The notes below the pieces were generated by a model that saw only the letters and a program-made list of their open reading frames with translations, was not told where the DNA came from and made no database searches. Positions 26,153 to 38,361 of a DNA stretch of 64,000 nucleotides are shown one piece after another (the stretch's first letter is position 1; every line of letters begins with the position of its first letter). Both the position numbers and the translations under genes were made by a program. The stretch is from Takakia lepidozioides. Lineage: Eukaryota; Plantae; Bryophyta. The stretch spans positions 24,614,001 through 24,678,000 of the forward strand of contig CM060733.1 in the NCBI GenBank assembly GCA_030704615.1. Direction: 5' to 3'.

Positions 26153-27267
26153 TACAGTTCGATTCCTAATGGATCAAAAATTAACCGGTTAGTAACTTTC
26201 AGTAACTGGCACTACAACAGATGAGCGTTTTTATGACTTCACATATGACTATTTTTTCAGTCTTATATGCGTTCATGACTACATCACTCTGTAGTGAAAA
26301 AAACCCTGTCATAGCGACTAGTCTTTAGGACTGCGTTTTGCAAGTCATATCCATGACTGCTTGCGTGCAAGCGACACGTCATGCATTCGTCAGGGGATCA
26401 TATGACTATATGTTTGCAAAGTGATGCCTACATGGAGAGGCGACGGATGGACACGTGCGCCACTGCGAATTTGACATGTCACGACTTCTTGCCATGATCA
26501 TATGACTACATGTCTGCACAGTGATGCCTACATGGAGAGGCGCTAGCGGGACACGTGTGCTATGGCAGATTTCACACGTGGTGACTACATGACTCACTCA
26601 TATAACTACAGGGATGTCTACATGGAGAGTTGTTAGCGGGACACCTGTTGCACTTGAGATGTGACATGTGGCACACAGACAAAATATATGACTAGCATAT
26701 ATGACTACGGATCTTTACACGTGGTGAGAATATGGATAAAGAATGTCGTGTCATATACTGCCACGTGTTCTGGTTTGAGCAGGAGTGATGCCACGTGTCA
26801 TCAAGATTGTTTTCCGAAATAGTTTATATTTTTAATGTTTATTTTTTATTTTTTAGTTTTCATTTAATATTTAAAAGAATAGGGAGATTGCAGCCTTGGA
26901 ATTTTTTTTTAAATGGTATTATTTTTAATATTATTATTTAAAATGAAAGTGAATTAAATGATTTAAATTCTTCATTACATGGTGAAATTCCAACATGAAA
27001 ACAGAATGGATCCCTCCTGCATACTATCAACCACAAGGAGAATGAAAATAGTCAACTACAGGGCAATACAAGCCCTATAAATCACATTACAAAAATCCAA
27101 ATGAGACCAATGTCCCAATGGACACCTCAAAAGCCACAAGGTCAAAAAATCCATGCCTCAAAAGGCCCAGCAAAAAACAAGCAAGCCCACACATGGGCTG
27201 AATTGTTGTAGCTAGTATGTTCTAGTGCTATTAGAATCAAGAACTCTGTTAAACAGTGCAATACTGA

Positions 27268-30200
27268 CTATCCCTTCCGCAGCTCCATAAGTTTCAGTAA
27301 CTTTAGACTCCAAAGTGTTGTCTGGCCAACCACCTGCCCTAACTCGGTATGTTTCCTAATACCATTCACATATGGTAGAGGGGTGTTACTGACACATGCC
27401 TCTTTGATGTACACACAGGCATAATCAAGGGGCACAACAGGGTACCCGTAACCCACCATAGCACCTTGAAGAGCAACAATCAGCCCTACTCCACATTTCT
27501 TGCGTTTGGAGTTCACATCCAACAGCCGAACCTCGTCACCCACCCTGAACTGTGATCCCAACTCCACACAAAAAAGAACACGATGTGAAAACCCATGACA
27601 TACACATGACTAGGACACTCAACATTTGCGAATTAAAGAGAGCCCCAAGGTTAGAAAAAATAAAACAAACAAGACAAGGGCCTGGACTTACTCCATTTGC
27701 AGTCTCGAGTGGTTGTGAGACCTCTTTTGGGGGGCTACTCGCCGGGTCGACACTCTTGCCCCTGGTCTATACCGGCTTGTCGACAATATCACCTTTGTTT
27801 GTCACAAGTTCCTGTGTCACAGACCAGAGAACAACCAGGAAAGCAATGAGCAAACAGGAATAGTGAATAGAAACAAAATCCAAGTATGAATCAAACAAAA
27901 AAAGCCAACATGAAAACCTGCAAAGAAAACCTAGCATTAATCAAGCAACCGAGGAGAAGCATCCAGGAAAGCAATGCAATGAATGAACCCACAAAATTGT
28001 AGCCTCTGGAGCACTGTCAGAATGTTTGTACCTTCACAGTAGCAGTGTTGTATGGTTGTTGTCCGAAAACAGGCTGAGACTCCAAAAACTTGGGAATACT
28101 GGCAGCTTTCGATGCCTTCCACAAGAAAGGCCACAACACCTCTGTTAGATACTCATCAGTTGGTGAATCTGGTTGCACTTTCCATGGCTCTGGAAAAATC
28201 CCACTGAAGGGAGGATTGTTTGCCGCCTTTCTTGGTGTGTCGTCAACAAGAACAGTGTCCTCATAAGTCCATTCTGGCCAGTCTGCCCACACTCTAGACA
28301 AGTTCTTAAAATATAATGGCTTTGAATCAGACCCCTTACGGCATGGGAGGACTGGATCCTCGTCACAGTGAAGGGCATCCCACTGGAAAACCCGCTTAGT
28401 GTGGGCTGCAAAAATATAGTCCACCATTGGGAAGAAGTTGCGAGCTTGGCAACAAGACCACACCGCCACCTCAAAGTGTTGAAAACACTTTTGCAAAAAA
28501 TCATAACAACGTGGTCTCAAAACTACCATCTTCTTGCCACACATCTTCCCCACAAAACCTTTGGGAAGGGATGCAGGCCCATTAGCAGAATGAAAAGATT
28601 CACATAACAGACCATTTAAGTCCAGAATTAGTAAATGCTTCCTCGTTGGTCCAGGAAGTAAACTGTCATTTGGCTTCAACATGTGAGCAGGAGAAATTAA
28701 AGCAACCTGCTTGTTTGTTTTGTCCCCGTCTGCATCTTCCTCCCCATTTAAACTCCCACATACCTGCATACCAGAATCCGGTGTGCCTGGCGGCTTTGTC
28801 ACCATTGCCCCCTGGACTGCTATTGCCTTTGTACGTGGCAAGGGCTGAATTTCCACGTGTACCTCACAGCTGGCCTTCCCTGTATCCTGCTGCTGCTCAG
28901 TCAAATTCAAAAGATCATCAGTGACAGGAAGACATAAGGGCTTAGAGTGAGCACCAGTTACCGTCTGAAATTGGGATTCCAAACATTTTGATACTGTCAC
29001 AGCAGACGCATCCATCGTAGATGTCACTGGTCCTGCGCCTGGTAGATTAATCCCCAATCTGGTCACAATGGCTTTCTGGTACTCAATCATACTTTGCATC
29101 TGTAATTTTAAGTCTGCCATGTCACGTCCTTGTGATTCCACCAGTTTGTCCAAGCCATCCATCCTGCCAACTACTGTAGAATATGCGAGACTTCCCTCCT
29201 GCCAATCCATGAAAACTTGCCCAAGTATGAATCAAACAAAAAAAACCTAGCATGAACAACCATTGGAAAGAAAACCTAGGCCAAAAGCCTTGAAAAAAAC
29301 CCTAGCAACCTATGATGCAGCAACCACTCTAGCAAACGTGGAAAACACACTTACCCGCCTGTCACTCCCAGATGACAACCGTAACACTGAACCCTCTTGA
29401 ATTTCATATCATGTAGGAGGGCACCTAGATAGTGTTTCCTACAAATTAATCCATGCCACAAACAAACCCATGCCACAAGTCAGTAAGCAATGTGAGGGCT
29501 GACTATATACACATAGCAATTCAATGAGGAACAAAATACAGAATCGTGATGATGCCACTTACCAAGCGTGCTTCCACCATTGCCTTCCCACCACGGCCAG
29601 TCTTGGTAGGATTCTGAATTGCACCATTTGCCTTCTTCATGTTGCCCGACACTTTGTGGAACACCTCTGTCTGCCAGTAACTTACAAGCTTGTTCCATAC
29701 CTCGTCAGATACAGTAATGGGTTTCCCCTTACCACCCAACCACGCAATGTGTGCTTCATAACGCTGGCTCTTCATTATTCTGCCAATTGTTTGTTTTAGG
29801 TGGAAGTCTTTTAACTTGTGTGGCGTATATGCAAATAGCTTAGCCAGGTGATCTCTGATTTCGTATACAACTTCATCAGGTTGTTGTTGATGGCAAGGGA
29901 ACAATCTAGCTTGCGATAAGCTTGTCCTTTTAGGGCAGCGTGCCATACATTCTGGGTCTGACCATACGGGGCTCCTTTGAGGTTCGTCACAATCACCGTG
30001 GGAGGAAGACCTGCAGCTATTCTCTCTTCCTTCACCTTGGCAGCTTCAATTTTGGCTGAGCTATTAGCCCTCCTTAAAGCATTGGTTCTATCATTCTTTG
30101 AAACGGCACCCTCCCCTCCTTCAGAGACCTCCGTGCGCTCAGGAGAATTCAAAGCAGGATCCTGCCAAGTAGGGACTGGTGGCCATGGCTGTTGGCCAGA

Positions 30201-31430
30201 AGGCCGAGGTCCATACTGGCCATACTATCCATAAGCAGGAGGATATTCCGGTGGCCTGCCACCCCCATAGCTATTAGGGGGTGGCAAATATGGTGGAGGA
30301 GGATACTGGCCGTACTGCCCATATGGAGGAGCACCATATTGACCCTGACCATACTGAGTGCCAGACTGTGGGTACTGAGGCATACCATAATAAGGTGGGG
30401 ATATTGGTGGCACAGAACCCACAACGATGGGAGAGTTAGGGCCACCTCCTGCGTTCTTGTGGGCGCCATCTCCATTGCTAGCAGCAGGGATCGTGGATCC
30501 AGTGCGCTTGTGCTTGCCCTGAAAAAAAATTCCCCCAGTACAATGTGGGTGATTACACATACATATAGGCAGCAAGCAGCAAATCCTTGAATTCAAGATA
30601 ACGAACTGGAAGCACATATCATTTGTAAAGACAAGATTACCCAAAACTCAGTATGATCTTGGGCAGTAAATCTCCCAAATTTGATTGGCCCCCATGATGT
30701 CCTCCCAGTACATTTTTGAACCCTCTTAGGTATGGGGTGTTCCTGAAATCCATAGCAAGAATTCAAATGGACAAACCTGATGGGTCCATGAGAAGTATCC
30801 CTCCAAGTTTTACTGATATTCTGGGTACATAAGTAACCCAAGTATCTCTATAAGTAGCCATTGTAGCTTAGTACCAGGACGTTGGTTTCATGGGGCAAAG
30901 AATTTGAACACACCTGAAGTCTACATTGGCCTGACATCATGCCTTTGGCACTTCAACTTGTCTAGTGGAAATCATTTGTGATTGTGCCTTGGCTGACCCC
31001 TGCATTGTCCAACTTCCCTGTCTTGACAGACATACCCTATCTTGACAGACATACCCTATCTCTTCATGATCTTACCATACCCTATCTCTTCGTGATTTTA
31101 CCAAAAACATACATAATTTGAATCATGGTCATTGTGAAGAACTATAACTCACAGACGGAGAAGGTGTTCATAGTGTAGATGATGGGCGTTTTTGTCCTGC
31201 GACATGAGCATGGGCATGTTCTCCTCGGCTTGCCGTGGCATCCGCCGACGACGCACTCGCCTCGCACTAGCGTGGGAGGAGTGGATCGTCCTCATCGTCC
31301 TCAGAAGAGCCCTCATGCAGAATCGTAGTCTTCATCGTCTTCAGTCTGGCACTTTGCCTTGCATGACCTTGATCCCTAGTTTTTTCCTTCGGAGCGCGTG
31401 GCTTGCAAGGGCGATTCGCTCCCGCAAGCC
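27268..31430 (-). pseudogene. CACTA TnpA-like spliced gene (Ptta/En/Spm region, FCP1-like exon, C-terminal Tnp1/En/Spm-like domain), frameshifted
   Basis: 29521-29946 has VSDEVWNKLVSYWQTEVFHKVS..TKTGRGG (Transposase_24-like). 27268-27550 has VRLLD..CGVGLI..GYPVVPLDYACVYI..PLPY..LGQVVGQTTLW. N-terminus is Pro/Tyr/Gln-rich. Frameshifts near 30225 and 29900. Confidence 0.75.
28017..29210 (-). CDS. Uninterrupted 397-codon exon: coiled coil plus FCP1/NIF phosphatase-like domain (domain ~28050-28640)
   Basis: KHLLILDLNGLL, VVLRPRCYDFLQKCFQHFEVAVWS, FQWDALHC, YFKNLSRVW, TVLVDDTPRKAANNPPFSGIFP, LWPFL..FGQQP. These match plant DLNGLL-type FCP1-homology proteins. Confidence 0.88.
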   Translation of the reverse strand: MDWQEGSLAYSTVVGRMDGLDKLVESQGRDMADLKLQMQSMIEYQKAIVTRLGINLPGAGPVTSTMDASAVTVSKCLESQFQTVTGAHSKPLCLPVTDDLLNLTEQQQDTGKASCEVHVEIQPLPRTKAIAVQGAMVTKPPGTPDSGMQVCGSLNGEEDADGDKTNKQVALISPAHMLKPNDSLLPGPTRKHLLILDLNGLLCESFHSANGPASLPKGFVGKMCGKKMVVLRPRCYDFLQKCFQHFEVAVWSCCQARNFFPMVDYIFAAHTKRVFQWDALHCDEDPVLPCRKGSDSKPLYFKNLSRVWADWPEWTYEDTVLVDDTPRKAANNPPFSGIFPEPWKVQPDSPTDEYLTEVLWPFLWKASKAASIPKFLESQPVFGQQPYNTATVKVQTF

Positions 31431-31951
31431 TGCACAAACACCTCCATGACCTCCCTCTCAAACAATCACAAACAAATGCAAGCATACATACCCTAATACT
31501 CTTAAGCCTACGCTGAACCACAGTCGCACCCTACCAGGACGTAATGGCTGCCCTCGAATGACGACTGACATCTCCCACCTAATGACACACCCTCCTCAAA
31601 CCTAATCGTCACTCACTGCATGTTGTTTGCCTCTTTGTTTGTACAAGTCGCAGCTACTCACCCCCATTTGTGCTATGAAGCTTATGATCGCTGCAAAGTT
31701 GTTTTGTAGTAGTAGCACCGAAATCCCCCGAGCTCCGAAATCCTTTAAACCATGCTAGTCTTGCTGGCAAATCAATTGTGAAAGTGCAGTGTATATTGCC
31801 AACAATGAATCCACATTGCTTTGTGGATTGAGGAGGGGTTACTTGTCATTTTTCCAGGTATCCAAGGTTGAGAGAAAGGCTCCCACCCAAATCTAAAGAA
31901 GGCAGAGAGGTGAACTCGTGCTTTATAAGTAAAAATTTCAAAACACGTACT

Positions 31952-33416
31952 GGGAATTAAGATGTCGTTGACAACACCTTAATCCCCAACACCTGCACAC
32001 ACATCGCCTTACCGCCAAGGCTTGTTCACCATCAGATTTTTTTAGGTGAATTTTTTTGGGGTTTTTGATTTTTCCATGAATTGTCATATGCTAACTCGTA
32101 CTGGGAATTAAGATATCGTTGACGACACCTTAATCCCCAGCACCTGCACACACACACCACCTTACCGCTAAGGCTTGTTCGCCATCAGATTTTTGTGGGT
32201 TGAAATTTTTTGGGTGAATTTTTTTGGGGTTTTTGGTTTTTCCATGAATTGTCATGTGCCAACTCGTACTGGGAATTAAGATGTCGTTGACGACACCTTA
32301 ATCCCCAGCACCTGCACACACACCGCCTTACCGCCAAGGCTGTTCGCCATCAGATTTTTTTGGGTTGAATTTTTTTGGATGAATTTCTTTGGGGTTTTTG
32401 GTTTTTCCATGAATTGTCATGTGCCAACTTGTACTGGGAATTAAGATGTCGTTGACGACACCTTAATCCCCAGCACGTATACACACACCGCCTTACCGCC
32501 AAGGCTGTTCGCCATCAGATTTTTTTGGGTTGAAATTTTATGGGTGAATGTTTTTGGGGTTTTTGGTTTTTCCATGAATTGTCATGTGCCAACTCGTACT
32601 GCGAATTAAGATGTCGTTGACGACACCTTAATCTGCCACATTCGAGGAGAAAAAAAAAAAAAAAAAAATGTTTTTTTAAAATAAAAAATAACAAAATTTT
32701 CCTTTCTTTCTTTTGGAAAACTTGCTGGGAATTAAGATGTCGTTGACGACACTTTAATCTGCCACATTTGGGGGGGGGGGGGGGGGGGGAAAGAAAAAAA
32801 ACGGTGTTTGTTTTTTATTTTCTTGGAAAACTTGCTGGGAGTTAAGATGTTATTGACGACACCTTAATCTGCCACATTCGGGGGAATATATATATATATA
32901 TATATAGTTTTATTTTTTATTTTTTTTTAAAAACTTGCTGGGAATTAAGATGTCATTGACGACACCTTAATCCCCCCGACCTGCACACGCACCGCCTTGA
33001 AAATTCTGGTGAGGTTGTTGGAATTAAGATGTCGTTGACGACACCTTAATCCCCCCTACATACGCACCGCCTTCAAAGTTTTTCTAGATTCATTTTTTTC
33101 TAGTTTTTTGGGTTTTTCCATGAATTGTCATATCGTCAACGACATCTTAATTCCCACCTCATGTTGCCACAAACATTTCATGGAAAATCCCAAAAAACCA
33201 GAAAATTTGAATCCCACAAAACTACAAAGCCGACACCTGTGCAGGTTGCGGCGATTAAGGTGTCGTTAACGATATCTTAAATCCCACCAGCTGCTGCCAC
33301 ATGTCTTTTCAGATTATGGCCCAAAAATGGAAAAAACAGAAATCCAACAAAACTTTGAAGGCGGTGCGTGTGCAGGTCGGGGCCATTAAGGTGTCGTCAA
33401 CGACATCTTAATTGAC
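31952..33416. repeat. Array of ~12 copies of a 36-bp imperfect palindrome GGGAATTAAGATGTCGTTGACGACACCTTAATCCCC
   Basis: Direct copies start at 31952, 32103, 32271, 32436, 32601, 32727, 32837, 32940 and 33019. Inverted copies lie at ~33133 (partial), 33250 and 33381. Confidence 0.95.
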
Positions 33417-34041
33417 ACCATAATCCCCCCCCCCCCCACCCTGGACACACCGCCTTCAAAGTTTTTTTGGACTCAATTTTTTGGGTTCATTGTTTTTGGA
33501 GGAATTTTTCTGCGATTTTGTTTTGTCCTCCACTTCTCATGTTCTATCCTCCTCCCTCCTCTGCAGCCCCACCCCCATCAGAAGAGTCCATAGGTAACTC
33601 AAATTTACTCCTGTATGTAATTGTCTTGTAACTTCAGCAATTTCCTTGAAGTTCCCTCAAAGTAAGTACTGTCAGGATCAGCCGACAAATCTGAAATTCA
33701 GGACACACTCGAGATGCAATTGCTCCACGTGAAACAAAAATGAAGTCATGGTTCATCCATTTTGCTCATTTCTCATCCAACAGTCATCCACCATTCATCC
33801 TTTCCACTTTTCATTCATCCTGAAACCATTCATCCGTCGGCTTTTTCATCGCACATTCGTACCATACGGTCGTCATGGAGCTTGGATTGTCCCGTCAGAT
33901 GGGGTGTGCATGCGTCCGTGCATTGTAGTTTTTGTCCACGGCAATAGGCCATCTTCTTCCCTCGGTTGTAGGCTCCCATTCACTAATCTGCTCATGCTTT
34001 AGGGATTCTGCTCACGTTTTCCACTTTAAGCATGAGCGTGC

Positions 34042-35355
34042 TCACATGAGCTGCTCACACGGTAGCTGCCCTCGACGTTGCTCTAGCTGGGCAAGTCTAT
34101 CCACCATGCCTTGGTCATGACCTTGACCCTGACCATGTGCTCCTTGGTTTTGGTTACGACCTCCACCTCGACCTCTGCCTCCTCTACCTCTCGGGACTAC
34201 ATTGCCTCGTCCTCGACCACCATTGTTCCCTTGGAATTGGCCTGACCGTAGTTCAAGATGCAAGCCATAACAATGGGCCTCTTCATGCCCATACTTTCCA
34301 CAATGCCCACACTGTAGTTGTGTAGGCTGTGCCTGTGCCGACCCTTTGCCTCTCTCCGGGCAATCCTTCTTAACATGGGGTCCTCCACAATCCCAACAAG
34401 TCACACTCGACTGTTATTGGCCTGAGAATGAAGGAATAGACCTCTGCATCTAAGATCCTCTCTGTCCTTCCCTCGACTTCACCTGAGCCTCCTTGTTGCC
34501 TTGAACACGTTGGGATAGTGGTTGTTGTTGGCTAGGAGCTCCACTTCGTTGTGTCTCCTTGCCAAACCCCACCATGACCACTCGCTCCTCCACCATATTG
34601 AGCTCTATCCGCTCTGCCAGCAAATACACAGTTGCTAAAGTAGGTTGGTCCACTTGTATGAGAGTTGCATCCCGCATCCTTCTCCTCAGCTCTTTGTCCA
34701 GGATCCTATACCAGAACTGGACTGCCTGAGTTTCTGAAACCCCTTGGGTTACATTTATCAAGTGCCTCATGCGGGTGTAAGCCTCCATCAAACTCTCAGT
34801 AGACCTTCGTTGAAACTCTTGCAAGCTCCGCAACTTCTCTGTCCTTATCCCTTGGTAGTTTCTCCTCAACTCCTCGAAGAACTCCACAACTGGGTTAAAG
34901 GCAGGCACGGGTGCTGGGGCTGCAGCAGGAGCTTGAGTGGATTTCCCAGCTCCTGTACCACTTGTCCCACTACTAGTGCTTGCAGTTGGAGATATTTGTG
35001 TAGCTACTGGTGTCGCCGTTGCCCTTGTGCCTCTAGTGATGGAGACATAGTTAGGTGACCAATACTCTCGCCACTCCTCAATCTCCACCGCATGACCCCG
35101 GCTAAATTCATGGTAATCATCCATGGGCAGCCCCTCAAGGTGCTGGAATAGTCCCTTCCATGCCATAAAGGGCGTAAACAGTTGTGGATTACGCATTTGC
35201 TGCAAATCACACCAACTATCAAACTTCTGTATGAAATCATCAAGCTCGATGGTGCCCTTAGCTCCAGAGTACCGACGTGGCCCCTTGGTAGCTCCATACA
35301 TTTCCTCCATCGTATCCCACAACAATGGCACGGAAATGGCTTGCACCCTCAGCAA
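34042..35355 (-). mobile_element. LTR-retrotransposon gag (Ty3/gypsy-like), degenerate, no pol
   Basis: Capsid-like ELDDFIQKFDSWC..FFEELRRNY..QRRSTESLMEAYTRM, then two Zn knuckles (CWDCGGPHVKKDC, CGHCGKYGHEEAHC) and an RG-rich tail. Stop at 34450. Confidence 0.85.
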
Positions 35356-35899
35356 GAATCCTCGTAACTCTGAGTCTGAACCTCCTCAGAAGACACTGAA
35401 GGTGAAGGTGGCCTGGACCGCACACCTCGTCTTGTATACCCACTAGTATCGTTGGTGCTCGTACCGGCACTCTCCTCAGTAACTGGTGGCACCTCCGTGA
35501 TGAAAATTCACAACCACACCTGTTGTAAACCTATCTCTAATCCCCCTTTCCACAAGGTAACCGGGTAGAGAACTTGTTGCAGTTTATGGCTTAGACTACT
35601 ACGTTCATAACATAAACCTGCACCTGCACCTGCACCTACATCCACCGCAAGCACTCCTATGGTCTGCTGGTCATCAACCCAGCCTCACCATAAGAGAACA
35701 ATGATGGTCTGACTGGTCATCACCCTAGCCTCACCACCGACAGCACGCTCTAGGATTGACCGGTGATCAAATCCGGACCAACCTCCTATGAAAACAAACG
35801 CCCACACAAAACTAACATGGCGCACAGTCAAGCATGCAGATGTGGAGGGGATCCAAGCACAAGAAAATCAAAACAGTAACTCCTCCACACCAAGAACAC

Positions 35900-38279
35900 T
35901 CCAGAGTATCACTCCTGCAAGACACTCCAGCCCAAACCTGGACTGACTCTTGCCTCCACCTACAGAAAGGTTTTGGCCTACAGAGAGGGTGACTTCAAGG
36001 AAGAGAGACTAAAGCAATTCCTATCACAGCATGCTCTCATCCCACTACCCTATCTCCACAGTCTCTTGCTTAAGCAATAGACAAGACCTTTCAAGGATCT
36101 CTCAAATAACTCTCTAAGATCCCTCAAGATGTCTCTCAAACAATCTCACTAAGACTCCCAAAGCTTGGACAATGGTACTCAAACAGTACACCAAGGCCCC
36201 AAGAGCCTGCCAAATCTTGGTCCTCAAGGACCCCAAACAGCCCTCCAAACAGCCCTCCAAAGGCTCCAAAAACTTGCCAAAACTTGGCATTCAAAGACCG
36301 CAAATAGGCCTCCAAATAGTCATCCAAATACCTCTTCAAGAGCTCTTCAAAGTGTCTTCCAAAAGCTCCCCAAAGGACCCCAAAGATCCCCCAAACAATC
36401 CTCCAAAAGACCCTTGAAAATCCTCCAAAAGCCCTATATTGTCTTTATATGTCACTATGTTCCCAGCCTATAGTGACCGTTCCCACACTTTGGTGACTGT
36501 TCCCATGTACCTAGGGTTTCATGTGCATCTCATGCTAGGGTTTGTGCATTCCAAGCTAGGGTTTGGGCTTCCTTGAGCTTCATGCTTGCTCTCCTCAAGC
36601 ATCCATGACTTCTATGAGATACCAAGGCAAACTACCTTGATCTTCTTCACCTCAAGCCACAACCAAGCTTAATTCCATCTCACCTAACAATGCATTTGCC
36701 ACACAACAAGCTTCACTTCTCTTTGGAGCTCAAGAATCAAGTTTTTTATCTCATTTGACAAGCAACCAAGTCTTGTACTCATTCATGTGCTCTCCTTTGG
36801 CCATCCACACACATGCTCCATTCTTGGCTTCTATGTGTTGCTTCTCCAAGCATCAATACATCTCCATCTCATGCAAAGAGGAAGATTCAAGTCCCTTCAC
36901 TTGCTAGCTCAAGAGTCGTGCTCTCCTCAAGCTTAAGGTTGAAACCCCAATTCAAATATGTGCTCTACAAGTGCTTTTCTTTCACCTAAGTGGAAACCAG
37001 CCCTTTTCCTTTTTTCTTGCTTTCCAAGGCTTGAAAATACAAGCCTCAATGGGCTGAAAACATGCTCCACATAAGCATCACCTCATACACAAAAGAATGA
37101 CTTGTTCCCTTCACCTTCTAGCTCTCCTCCAGCTTGAAGTTGGAAGCCGCACTTGAAAAGCATGTTCCACACATGCGCCACTTGCTTGGTCAACCACTTG
37201 CTTCACCAAGAACAATCCAAGAACTCATAGACTAGCAAAAGCACTCCCTTCTAGTGCCTTAGCTTGCTTGTTTGTCAACCAAATGAAACCTCACTTGGCT
37301 TCATTTCACCATGGATAAAACACCAACTTCTTAGCTTTTCTTGAGCTACTCAATGCTCTTCAAGCTATCCTTGTTGTACTCCTTCTATGGTGTTTCTAAC
37401 CCAAACATGTGCTGCTCTTTGACTTCTCTTTCACACCATGAACAACTAGAGCTTGCTCTTGAAACTCTAGTGTCTATCTTCTCCACATACAAGACGCTTC
37501 TCTTGTGATGCAAGAGCTCTTTTCCAAGCTCTCAAACCCTTGGTGCACAATAATGCTTCTACAAACCCTCAATGCATTCTTTTCACCATAGAAGCCACTT
37601 CCTTGGCAAATGGTTGTCACAACATTTGAGATACAAGAGATGACGCTCCTTCTTCTCAAACTTTCAAATCTTTGCTTCCACACACACAAGACTTTCTCCC
37701 TGCAATACTTACAAAGTCTTGTAACTCAAAAGTTCTCTTCTTGGGCTCTCCACCTCCTTGATGCAATGCAAACACACTCTCCCTTGCAACACCTTGCAAG
37801 CCTTGTGAGATACTTGAGCTTTCCCTAGCTCTCTCACTCCTTGGTGTACATCAACACAAGTGCAAAACTATCCTTACACTCCGCACTCACAAGCATAAGG
37901 TGATCTTCTTGTAGTGATAATGAAAGTGAACATAATGGAAACCCTCTATTCATGAATCCACTCAATCACATAAACTAAGTCAAGCCAAGGGCACCCTTGC
38001 TAAGGGAATCCACCCTACAAAGCCCTCACCACACTCCCTCTCAATACCTAGAGCTATGAAGGTGAGAGAGGCTCATGGAGGCTCAACTACAAGAAGATGA
38101 GTCTCTTCCATCCTCACAAGGGGAAAACCTATCCTCATGTCCCAAGTGAGGCTCGACACCTCACTTGGCATGTGAGACCAAATGAAGTCCCAACACACAA
38201 AATATAAATATAAATATCTAAAATGTCATAGTTAGCTAGAAGTAGATAATTCTAGATAACCATGACTAAAACCATGACA
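35900..38279 (-). mobile_element. Putative 5' LTR/leader of the gag element
   Basis: CpG-poor, CT-rich non-coding block upstream of gag, ending abruptly at ..CATGACA (38279), i.e. TGTCATG.. on the minus strand. No second LTR, PBS or TSD found. Confidence 0.45.
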
Positions 38280-38361
38280 CGACGGGTCAGCGTACGATTA
38301 TGTATTGCGCATACATATATAGCGAACACGCGTTAATCGACGGACTGGTCCGATATGCTTA

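Larger units (their letters stand above)
26210..33660. mobile_element. CACTA (En/Spm) transposon: one terminus at 26210, internal TnpA-like gene and repeat array; other terminus not found
   Basis: Begins CACTACAACAGATG, followed by ~600 bp of subterminal ATGACT, CATGGAGAG and CACGTG repeats. It contains Transposase_24-like and Transposase_23-like coding segments. The right boundary is uncertain. Confidence 0.75.

Noticed and set aside
26210-26296. 87-bp mini-CACTA (CACTACA..TGTAGTG)
   Set aside because: No 3-bp TSD (TGG vs AAA), and subterminal repeats continue well past it.
31952-33416. CRISPR-like array
   Set aside because: Spacers are homologous to each other, long and variable (~43-132 bp). 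Orientation flips, there are no cas genes, and the context is a eukaryotic TE.
37906-37916. TTCTTGTAGTG as the right TIR of the 26210 CACTA
   Set aside because: It does not match the left TIR beyond 8 nt, the flank is ATA rather than the expected TGG, and there are no subterminal repeats.
33670-38279. Single TGTCA..TGACA-bounded LTR element or solo LTR
   Set aside because: Flanks AGTAC and CGACG are not a TSD, and no duplicated LTR or PBS was found.
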